DNA of 50,057 bases, from positions 186,001-236,057 of the forward strand of contig CAXBME010000010.1 of NCBI GenBank assembly GCA_963976765.1, given 5' to 3'. Below are positions 19,604 to 28,187 of the stretch, piece by piece; position 1 is the first letter of the stretch; each line of letters starts with the position of its first letter. The position numbers and the translations under genes are program-made. The notes under the pieces were generated by a model. It was not told the DNA's origin and did not search any database. It saw only the letters and a list, made by a program, of their open reading frames with translations. Source of the DNA: an uncultured Planctomycetaceae bacterium (lineage in GTDB: Bacteria > Planctomycetota > Planctomycetia > Planctomycetales > Planctomycetaceae).

Positions 19604-21085
19604 TTAACGTCGAAAGGGACTGCCGGCCTGGCGGCGTTCTTCCATACGCTTCAGGAAGACTTCCATGACCCGGCGATATAGTTCGTCGCGCAGAACCATG
19701 TCTTCCACGCCAGCGTCGATGTTCGGATTATCGTTGATTTCGATGACGTAGAACTTGCCGTCCGATTCCTTGATATCAACTCCGTAGAGCCCGTCGCCGA
19801 TCAGATTGGCCGCTTTGATCGCCAGTTTGACCGCCTGTCTTGGAGCGGTTTCCACCGGCATCGTTTCGTGCTTGCCGTAGCGACCTCGACCATGATTATC
19901 CTGCTTGATGATCTGCCAGTGTCCAGGAGCCATGTAGTACCGACAGGCAAACAGGGCGCGACCGTCGAGGACTCCGATACGCCAGTCGAACGACGTTGGT
20001 AGAAACTTTTGAGCCACCAGCAGGTCGGACTTACCGAAGAACTCGTCGAGCCGTTCGTCCAGTTCCTCTTCCGACTTCACTTTGACAACGCCGTTGGAGA
20101 ATGAACTGTCCGGCTTCTTCAAGACGAACGGCACGCCGAGCCGCTCCAGAAGCTGTTGATGATTGTTGCGGTGAACGACGATCGTTTCCGGAACCGGAAC
20201 TTTGTGGCGAGTCAGCAACTCGGCGAGAAACACTTTGTTGGTGCATCGCGAAATCGAATCAGGATCGTCGATCACGACCAGTCCTTCCGATGCAGCCTTT
20301 CTGGCAAACCGGTAAGTGTGCTCGTTGACGTACGTCGTTTCGCGAATGAAGAGACCATCGAATTCCAGAAGACGACCATAGTCGTCTTTGGTGATCAGCT
20401 CGGCTCGGATCTCGAGTTCGCGGGCAGCCTTAATGAACTTCTTCAAAGCCGCTTCGTCAGATGGTGAATTCTCCTTTTCCGCCGGGTCGTGCAGGATCGC
20501 CAGATCGAAACGCGTTCGCGACTTCTTCTTCGGACTGGTCGCTCGACCGGCAAAGTTTCGCTGCGCTGCTTCCGCGAGAAACTGACGATGCGATTCGGGA
20601 ACTTCCGAAACCGCAATCGTCTTCACGCTGCGAAGCTGCCACCCATGATCCGTTTTCGTAAACCGAAATCGCAGTAGCGGAGCTTGAAACATGTTAAAGA
20701 GCTGCCGCGCCAGTCGTGTGTACCGCCTGGCCGTGTTGTGACCGAAGTAGACGCTCAGTGTGAACTCGTCGGACTGCAACGGTGCAAGGCTTGACTGAAT
20801 CAGCTCCTCAAGTTCGTCCGGCAGTAACCGGAACAGCGACGGCGAGCGGATATCCTGCATCGTCGTCACGCTGGGCAGCGGCTTGTGACCTCGGGCTTCC
20901 GCCAGTAGTGACACGTAATAGCCGGTACTTTGATAGCTGTAGCGACGACAAAGATTGAACACCTTCAAGCCACGCTGCTGGCTGATCTTCGGATCGGTGA
21001 GGTAAGTCCAGGCGTCAATCATATCCACCCCCGAAATTTCAAACGGCCAGTCCTCGGGATGGCTGGTCACGATCAATATCGACAT
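19604..21085 (-). CDS. RimK-family ATP-grasp ligase with N-terminal RimK-like (RLAN) domain
   Basis: N-terminal 'VFNLCRRYSYQSTGYYVSLLAEARGH'; ATP-grasp 'VLKKPDSSFSNGVVKV', 'DWRIGVLDG', 'GVDIKE', 'IEINDNPN'. Confidence 0.93.
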   Translation of the reverse strand: MSILIVTSHPEDWPFEISGVDMIDAWTYLTDPKISQQRGLKVFNLCRRYSYQSTGYYVSLLAEARGHKPLPSVTTMQDIRSPSLFRLLPDELEELIQSSLAPLQSDEFTLSVYFGHNTARRYTRLARQLFNMFQAPLLRFRFTKTDHGWQLRSVKTIAVSEVPESHRQFLAEAAQRNFAGRATSPKKKSRTRFDLAILHDPAEKENSPSDEAALKKFIKAARELEIRAELITKDDYGRLLEFDGLFIRETTYVNEHTYRFARKAASEGLVVIDDPDSISRCTNKVFLAELLTRHKVPVPETIVVHRNNHQQLLERLGVPFVLKKPDSSFSNGVVKVKSEEELDERLDEFFGKSDLLVAQKFLPTSFDWRIGVLDGRALFACRYYMAPGHWQIIKQDNHGRGRYGKHETMPVETAPRQAVKLAIKAANLIGDGLYGVDIKESDGKFYVIEINDNPNIDAGVEDMVLRDELYRRVMEVFLKRMEERRQAGSPFRR

Positions 21086-21122
21086 GTTTTTCCTTCAGAG
21101 GTCTTTCAGAAAACTTTGGGGG

Positions 21123-21860
21123 TTAACTCGAGCGGTCAGTTCGTTCGATGATCAGCATGTTGGCGTCGTACGTGACGACTCCGAGCAGAATCGCGCACAT
21201 GACTCGTTCGAGCGGAATCTCATAGTGATGCCCGTCCGCATGCGGATTGGCTTCGTACGGATCGGCGACCAGAACCAGACGAGTCGCCGGGTCGTAACCA
21301 CACAGCACAACAAAGTGTCCAACCGGCAATCCCCGAATGTCGTCGGGCTTGCATTCGGGCACTGTTTCGCGAGGGTCGCGGTACAGCCACGTGAGGCTTA
21401 GTCCTGTCAGGATCGGAATGCCTCGCCGCAGATAGCGTCGCAAGAGAGCTGGCGACATATCTTCCAGCCGAATCCTGCCACCCTTCAGCAGGAAATCGAT
21501 ATAGGCCTGCGACGCGGCCTGCAGTTTTGCATCCGGTTTGACGGCCATTTGAGCCCGCAACAGATCGACGAGCGGTTGATCAACGGGATCAAACCAGGTC
21601 GGGTCGAACACGTGCAGATTGCAGGTGTAAAGCGTCGCCTTGTAACCGCGATCGAGAGCGTGCTGCCCGAGCAGTGCTGCCAGCGTGCCACCAGTCTCGA
21701 CGGTCTGAACTTCGGCGATCACCTGGTCAAGGGGCAGGTCATCCTCGTAGTAACCATAGACCGCGTGCAGCGAGGTCGGACCACAGGTTGAGTCTGTCGG
21801 CTGCGGCAGAATCGGAAATGTCAGTCGGTTTTCCACTTTGGTCCTGTTGGACGAATGCAA
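21123..21860 (-). CDS. Peptidase C39-like (papain-fold) protein
   Basis: 'QPTDSTCGP' (Gln/Cys), 'GHFVVLCG' (His), 'VADPY' (Asp); start uncertain by a few codons. Confidence 0.85.
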   Translation of the reverse strand: MHSSNRTKVENRLTFPILPQPTDSTCGPTSLHAVYGYYEDDLPLDQVIAEVQTVETGGTLAALLGQHALDRGYKATLYTCNLHVFDPTWFDPVDQPLVDLLRAQMAVKPDAKLQAASQAYIDFLLKGGRIRLEDMSPALLRRYLRRGIPILTGLSLTWLYRDPRETVPECKPDDIRGLPVGHFVVLCGYDPATRLVLVADPYEANPHADGHHYEIPLERVMCAILLGVVTYDANMLIIERTDRSS

Positions 21861-22024
21861 CTGCGGATGTTTTCATTCGTGTCCGGAACACCTCCAGCTC
21901 GCGACGAAACCCGATGCATGGTTCTACCACAGACTGATTTGTCTCGTAAGAGCATCTGCCTGGCAATTCAAATCGACTCGGGAGTCGGAGCTTCACGCCC
22001 ATCACAGTCAAACCGGAGAAGTTT

Positions 22025-23623
22025 TTAGCCAACCGCTTCCGCCACGACGGTTTCTGCAAGTTCTTCGGGGTTGTGGGCGAGTCCCAATTCGGCCCGTTTC
22101 ATAAGTTCCAGAGCTGACTCACCCGAGCGAGCTGTAACGATACTCATGCCTGGTCGCCAGGATGGTTTGTCGCCGAATGCGGATTGAATTGCCGTCGCGA
22201 GGCGGCTGCAAAACTGGCGAGCGTCGACACTGCTACTGCCTGGCAGAACGATGGCGAGCGTGTCATCGAGATAGCGAGCAACCTGGTCCTGCGAACCAAC
22301 ATTTTCGGCGATGCATTCGGCAAGCAACCGCAGGTGTTCGTCGGCCGCTCCCTGCCCTTCATCCCGTCGCAGTTTCTGGTAACTGCTGGTCGTTGAGAGA
22401 ATCAACGAGAGCGGTTCCTGTGTTCGCGAACTTCCTTCAAGCAATTGCCTGATGCTTCGATCCAGTTCTTTGCGGCTGGCGGCTCCCGTTGTTTCGTCCG
22501 GCGCCGGCTCTTTCAGATCGGCGATCTGCGACGTCTGTTCTCGGATTTGTGCTCGCGCATTGTCCAGTTGTGTCATCAGTTGAGTCACTGATGACGTCAG
22601 TTCATCAATTTCATTCACCAGCCCTTTAGCATTTCCGGTCTGGATGACCGTTTTGACTTCCTCGGGAAGTCGTAGAACGCGAGATTTCAGTTGGTCAGCG
22701 GTTTTCTCCATCAGGCTGCTTGTCGACTCCAGAACTTTGGCGCGATTGAAGCTGCTTTCTCTTGTCCGTGCGACCCGCCCCCAAAGGTGCAGACTGCAAT
22801 GCAGGGTGAGGACCAGGTCCGTTGGCGTCAGTACGCCACAGAGTTTTCCCTGGTCGACGACGGGCAGGAATGAGAGGCCTCGTTCAATGAGCAGTGACAC
22901 TGCAACGCCCAGAGTCGAATTTGGAGCGATGGAACCTGGCGATGGCGTCATGATCGCCTCGGCCGACGCCTCGGGATTGGCCTGATGATCGCTTGCATGC
23001 ACTACCCCCAGCAGAACATCGTTATCCTTGCAAACAAGCAGACGGGCCACATCGTGTTTTGAAATCAGTTCGGCAATCTGTTTACCCGTAGTGGACGTTC
23101 TAATGGTGATGGGGCTGAATGTCATCACGTGACGCACCGCGATCTGGTTTTTCAACAGCAGATCATTATCCAACATCAGCAATTGCCAAAGAGCTTCCCG
23201 TTTCGCATTGAGACGGGTCAGCAACACTCTGGCATCAACAGGTTCCCGGCGTAGTACCGGCCGGTCTTTACAGGGTTTCGACGGGTGTCGCAGCACCAGC
23301 CAGGCAATGGCGACAACCGCGAGCGGTAGAGCTGCCATAAGAAAGTAGATCAGCGCACGTGGCACGCGAGCCTGAGCCACTTTGGGGCTGTCCTCTGAGT
23401 TCCACCTGGTGGTGCTGTTGCTGGATTTGGACTCCGTTCGATTGGCCCTGGCGGGTTCTGCCGTTTCCCCGGCTACTTTGGCAAATGTCCGCTCAACATT
23501 AGACCCAAGCATGGTGGCACCCGCGACAACGGAACCCACAATGGCGGCCAGCATCAGTGCGTAAGAAACGCTGGAGCTGCCCTGCGAGTCCCGTGTGAAT
23601 CGGCAAATTGTACTTATCATCAT
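22025..23623 (-). CDS. Flp-pilin-like N-terminus + TM + CBS pair + coiled coil + degenerate GGDEF domain protein
   Basis: 'CRFTRDSQG|SSSVSYALMLAAI' pilin-like start; TM 'ALIYFLMAALPLAVVAIAWLVL'; CBS 'VRHVMT..PITI' and 'LPVVDQGKLCGVLTPTDL'; GGDEF-fold 'DETTGAASR...GQGAADEHL...VARYLDDTLAIVLP...LMKRAE'. Confidence 0.8.
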   Translation of the reverse strand: MMISTICRFTRDSQGSSSVSYALMLAAIVGSVVAGATMLGSNVERTFAKVAGETAEPARANRTESKSSNSTTRWNSEDSPKVAQARVPRALIYFLMAALPLAVVAIAWLVLRHPSKPCKDRPVLRREPVDARVLLTRLNAKREALWQLLMLDNDLLLKNQIAVRHVMTFSPITIRTSTTGKQIAELISKHDVARLLVCKDNDVLLGVVHASDHQANPEASAEAIMTPSPGSIAPNSTLGVAVSLLIERGLSFLPVVDQGKLCGVLTPTDLVLTLHCSLHLWGRVARTRESSFNRAKVLESTSSLMEKTADQLKSRVLRLPEEVKTVIQTGNAKGLVNEIDELTSSVTQLMTQLDNARAQIREQTSQIADLKEPAPDETTGAASRKELDRSIRQLLEGSSRTQEPLSLILSTTSSYQKLRRDEGQGAADEHLRLLAECIAENVGSQDQVARYLDDTLAIVLPGSSSVDARQFCSRLATAIQSAFGDKPSWRPGMSIVTARSGESALELMKRAELGLAHNPEELAETVVAEAVG

Positions 23624-24098
23624 CGTTGTAAGCTCAGTTGTTCCTGCTATGTGGAATGTATTCTTCTGGCCGCAACATGAAGTTTCGCCGGGCAGGCGAA
23701 AGAGCGTCCGCGAATCCGGATGAAATTGTGTCGAAATGGCTCGCAAACCATTTTGATTGACCGGACCGAAAATCACGCTGCGACGGTGTGCGCAGGTTTC
23801 GCAACGGACTCGCGAAAGTGAGATCGTAGCTCATCGCTTCGTGAAACAGTCGTTTGCTCAAAGCTACGGACGGAAATACAGGCATTTACCTGCAACTCGA
23901 AGGTGAGAAGTGAACGGACCGGATACCCACCGCCAGCCTGACGAGTCGGAATACCGTCTCTACAAATCGCCCTGGAGATCGAATGTCAGGACTAACTGCA
24001 CTTCAGCTCGTACTGGCCGGGTAACACAGGTCGCCGATGATCTGAGTAAACACGGCTCCGAGTGAACATTCACCATCCTGAGCAGACGCTGTTCAACG

Positions 24099-24452
24099 TT
24101 ACGAGTTCAGTTGCTGGCGAAACACGAAGAAGACGGCTCCCAGCAGGCACAGGCCTGCCCACAGATAGTCCCAGGACAGTTTCTCTTTGAGGTACAACAC
24201 AGCGAACGGAACAAAGACCGCCAGCGTGATGACTTCCTGCAGAATCTTGAGCTGCCCGACGCTCATGACCTGATGCCCGATCCGGTTGGCAGGAACCTGC
24301 AGCAGGTATTCGAACAGGGCAATACCCCAACTGAACAAAGCCGCGATCACCCACGGCTTCTCCTTGAGATCCTTGAGGTGAGCGTACCAGGCAAACGTCA
24401 TGAACACATTGCTGCATGTCAGCAGCAGGATTGTTTTCAGGTGTGGTGGCAT
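24099..24452 (-). CDS. DMT superfamily small membrane protein (DUF486-like)
   Basis: 'SNVFMTFAWYAHLK', 'SWGIALFEYLLQVPANRIG', 'QLKILQEVITL'; start ATG 24452. Confidence 0.9.
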   Translation of the reverse strand: MPPHLKTILLLTCSNVFMTFAWYAHLKDLKEKPWVIAALFSWGIALFEYLLQVPANRIGHQVMSVGQLKILQEVITLAVFVPFAVLYLKEKLSWDYLWAGLCLLGAVFFVFRQQLNS

Positions 24453-24517
24453 GGATCGGTCTTTGAATAATCGGGCGTCACAATGGCCAGGCGTGTTCAG
24501 CAGCGGGCAATGACCGG

Positions 24518-25825
24518 TCAATAAGCAAGGATCAATCGCAACGTGCCAACCAGGGCGTCGGAAATGTCGTTGCGACCGTTCGGGTTCACAATGTGTTGCA
24601 GATCGAACACGACCAAAGCGAACTCCGAGGCGTGCACTGAGTAGAACAGCTCGGTCGAAAGTTCGAACGACTCGGCAAATCCGGCTCCTGGACGTTGCGA
24701 CAAACCTGCCCACGACAGCCCCAGTCCGAGAGCATCCTGATCACGACCTGGAATCGCCCCCGTCCACGTGAAGCCTGTGCCAAGGTGGTGCGCAATCTGG
24801 CTGACATCCGGGTCAGCAAATCCGTATTGGGCGAACACTCCCAGACCCTGATTGTCTTCAGGATCGTCGGATTCGCGAAAGATCGTCTGGTCAACCAGGA
24901 GATAGACGCCGCCGGTTCCTGACTGCGTCGCCCCGTCGAACCGGTCAAACTGTCCATTGTGAAACCAGGCGCCCGCTGCGAAACGACCGGGCAGTGAGGC
25001 GGAATCATCTGCCAGCGCGACGCCGGCATTCCATCGCCAGCCGACTTTTCCAATCGCGAAAACGTCGGAGCCGCGAAACAAGTGGCCAACGCCCCGCGAT
25101 CCGGTGCGGATCCCCTGAGCCAGTCACCCGTCGTAAATGCCGACTCCCGTGAAGAAGCCTTCGTCAGGTTCGTAAAAGACATTGGCACTGAAGGCCGGAT
25201 CGGGATAGGTCGGCATCACAAAGATGGTCGGGCTGAACCCCATCGACGATTGCAGAAATGTCAGTCCGTTTTCGACAAACGCGAACTGAGTGTTTGCATC
25301 AACCTTGCCGACGAGAACGCGCCAGGGAGTGTCCTCCCAGACGTGCTCGTACCAGAGTTCCGATACCTGATTACGGCCATCGGCGTCGATGTTCGAGAAG
25401 ACCTGCAGATCGCCGATCAGTGATGAAGCATCCAGCCCCGCCTGGCTCTGAAACGCTGCGTTCAGTGTCCCTCCTGACCAGCCAAACAGCGGCATGGTCG
25501 GAGCCGAAATCGCCATTTCAAATAAGTGACGGGTTGTACCGCGATGGACCGTCTGGCCACCCCGAAAACTCCGTGACGCGTCGACGATAAAAAACGCGTT
25601 CAGCTCGAATGGCGAAAGGAACGTGTTCGGAGGCTGCCCTGGAACTCGAAGCCTCTCAGCGCGATCAACATCGTCGACCTCGCGACCTGGTGAGAAACCT
25701 TCGGCATCTGCGGGGATAGAATCCGGAAACAACTCATCGCTGTACGCGCGAAGGGGCAGTACAACGACAGCAATGACCAGCACGTTTCGTGCGAGTTTTT
25801 TGATGTCCACAGTTCGTACGGTCAC
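24518..25825 (-). pseudogene. Carbohydrate-selective porin (OprB family) interrupted by one in-frame TGA at 25124-25126
   Basis: ORFs 25124-25825 and 24518-25081 share a frame; read-through gives GIYDG*LAQGIRTGSRGVGHLFRG. OprB features 'SELWYEH', 'GKVDAN', 'GAIPGRDQDALGLG', 'ELFY', 'DLQHIVNP', terminal aromatic Y. Confidence 0.8.
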
Positions 25826-28065
25826 GAATTCAGCTCCATGCCGCCGGCACTGTCGACCAGAATGACCCGCGGCAGGTTTCCTACGAGGTGTTCGATGCCC
25901 GCGAAGAAGTCACTCTCGGTCCCTTCGTCGGGAGCCTCGAAACCAATCACAACCAGCGCTGAAGTCCGCGACCACATTTGAATTGTCGTTGGCACGTCGG
26001 TGTTTTCGGACGCAACGATCGCAACTGCTTCGGCTTCGATTCGGGATTCTTCCGATAGTTTCGCAAGGTGCTTTTCGACCTCTTCTCCGGCTGTCTCGTT
26101 ATCCACAACGCGGAGAAGTCGCACGGTGCGGTGTCGCCATTCCGGGTTGAGAGTCAGCAGGTGAGCCAGCAGCAGCATCAACTGGCCGTTTTTCTGGCCG
26201 CGCCACCAGACGTCGATCGTGCCCGACGGAACTTTCCACGAGTCATCCCGTCCGGACTCTTCGTCCAGGTCATCAGTCCCGGTCAGATGTTTCAATCTGA
26301 CGACAACGATGCTGCGGTCAAGCTGAGAAATCAGCCGCAGATTGGCTCCAAAGATTTCCGCCTTCGAAACATCGTTCGGCCAGCCAAGCATCACCGTATT
26401 CGGCCTCAAACCTCCAATACCGTGACACTGAACCAGCGACTCGATCCCCTCCGACACAAACGGAGCCACAACCACCGCCGGAAAGGCTTCGAGTTCCTGT
26501 TTCTCGATGAACGATCGCAAAAGTTTCTCGGCACTGGCACGTTGAGCCAGCCGATTCTCGACCTCTCCGCTGATGATCTGAGAAAGCGTCAGGATTCCGT
26601 GCCCCGCAGAAAGCCAGTGACCGTACACCGCCAGATGAGGCCGCGTCCACGCGCTGCCGCTGAGGGCAAGGATGATCGGACGCCAGTTTTTGGGATGGTA
26701 AATTTCAGCTTCGAGTTTCAGCAGGTTGCGCCGGGTTCGTTCGAACTTCAGGCCACTCTGCATGTCGCCCCAGCGAGCTTCGATCTCGCGAAGACTGACG
26801 TACCAGCAGAGGCTGGCCATCAGGATCAGCGAGACGATGGCCCAGACCCAGTCGATCAGAAACATGACCGCCAGACACGCGATCGCTCCCAGCAGCGAGG
26901 TCGACCAGTGGCTGAAACGGAACCGCGGTCGGTAACTGGGATTCTTCGTGATCGCCTCGTAGAACGTCGCCAGATTCAGCGTTCCGTAAGTAATCATGAA
27001 AAACATCGTGATGACCGGAGCGATGGCGTTCAGGTCGCCCAGCAGGATGCACGCTTGTGAAATCACAAACGTGACAACGGTGGCTCGTCGTGGCTCGGAC
27101 GACTTGCCGGCTCCGCTGCCAAAGTATCGAAGCCAGGAAAACACGTTGTCACGGGACAGTGCCTGCAGAATCCGTGGCGAGCCCATCATGCTGCCCAACG
27201 CTGACGACAGCGTCGCCGCGAAGACTCCGGCCGTGATCAACCCGGCCGACCAGGCGATCTCCTTGATGATCAGATTATTTCCGATCAGATCCTGGCTGCT
27301 GCGAGAACCGCCCAGCAAAGCCGCCTGCAGCAGGTAGACCCCCGCCGTGACGGCGATCGCAGCAAGCGTTCCTTTTGGAATCGAACGTCCGGGGTCTTTG
27401 AGATCTCCCGACATGTTCGCTCCGGCCATGATCCCGGTGACTGCGGGAAAAAACAGAGCGAACATCGTGAAGAAGTTCTGGCCGTCCTGGAAATCCGGTC
27501 GAAGGTTTGACTGAAACAATGCCGGGTCGAAGTCAGCCGCCGCTCCCGCAAAGAATGACACCAGTGACGCAACCAGAATCGCCAGAATGAAATACTGAAC
27601 TTTGATCGTCCAGCCAGCTCCGATGTACACGCAGACGAAGACAATTACGTTGGTAACAGTTGCAATTTGAACCGGCGATCCGAACGCAGGCCCGTACGAA
27701 TCGGAAAATGCTTCCGAAAAACCGATGACATACATCGCGACGGAGATCGCCTGCGCAAGGAAGAACACAATTCCGATCGCGCCGCCGAATTCGACACCCA
27801 GACTGCGGCTGATCAGGAAGTAGGCTCCGCCACCTTTGACCTCTGTGTTCGTCGCGATGGCCGACAGCGACAGCGAAGTCAACGTGGTGATGACTTTCGA
27901 AACCGCGACAATGACCAGCGCATAAATCACGCCAGCCTGCCCGACCACCTGGCCGTATCGCAGAAACATGATGACGCCCAGAATCGTCAGCGTGCACGGA
28001 GTAAAAACCCCACCAAACGTGCCGAATCCCTGTGGCTTTTCGATTCCAGTTCTCTCAGTGCTCAA
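25822..28065 (-). CDS. APC-superfamily permease of the cation-chloride cotransporter (SLC12/NKCC-like) type
   Basis: 'FGTFGGVFTP', 'GGGAYFLISRSLGVEFGGAIG', 'FFPAVTGIMAGANMSGDL', cytoplasmic 'KNWRP', 'GLRPNT', 'IDVWW'; stop overlaps the porin start (GTGA). Confidence 0.9.
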   Translation of the reverse strand: MSTERTGIEKPQGFGTFGGVFTPCTLTILGVIMFLRYGQVVGQAGVIYALVIVAVSKVITTLTSLSLSAIATNTEVKGGGAYFLISRSLGVEFGGAIGIVFFLAQAISVAMYVIGFSEAFSDSYGPAFGSPVQIATVTNVIVFVCVYIGAGWTIKVQYFILAILVASLVSFFAGAAADFDPALFQSNLRPDFQDGQNFFTMFALFFPAVTGIMAGANMSGDLKDPGRSIPKGTLAAIAVTAGVYLLQAALLGGSRSSQDLIGNNLIIKEIAWSAGLITAGVFAATLSSALGSMMGSPRILQALSRDNVFSWLRYFGSGAGKSSEPRRATVVTFVISQACILLGDLNAIAPVITMFFMITYGTLNLATFYEAITKNPSYRPRFRFSHWSTSLLGAIACLAVMFLIDWVWAIVSLILMASLCWYVSLREIEARWGDMQSGLKFERTRRNLLKLEAEIYHPKNWRPIILALSGSAWTRPHLAVYGHWLSAGHGILTLSQIISGEVENRLAQRASAEKLLRSFIEKQELEAFPAVVVAPFVSEGIESLVQCHGIGGLRPNTVMLGWPNDVSKAEIFGANLRLISQLDRSIVVVRLKHLTGTDDLDEESGRDDSWKVPSGTIDVWWRGQKNGQLMLLLAHLLTLNPEWRHRTVRLLRVVDNETAGEEVEKHLAKLSEESRIEAEAVAIVASENTDVPTTIQMWSRTSALVVIGFEAPDEGTESDFFAGIEHLVGNLPRVILVDSAGGMELNS

Positions 28066-28187
28066 TCCATTCTCCGCAATTCTATTTCAATTCGTGATTC
28101 GACCAGATGGCTGATTCCAACGTGTTCGGGTGATGCGTCGAGGCGCGTCCTGCGAGGCTTTAGTTTTTACGCTGGCCTCAATGCTCA

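Noticed and set aside
21914..21929. TGGTAGAACCATGCA upstream of the C39/RimK operon as a sigma54 promoter
   Set aside because: GG-GC spacing is 9 nt, not the required 10.
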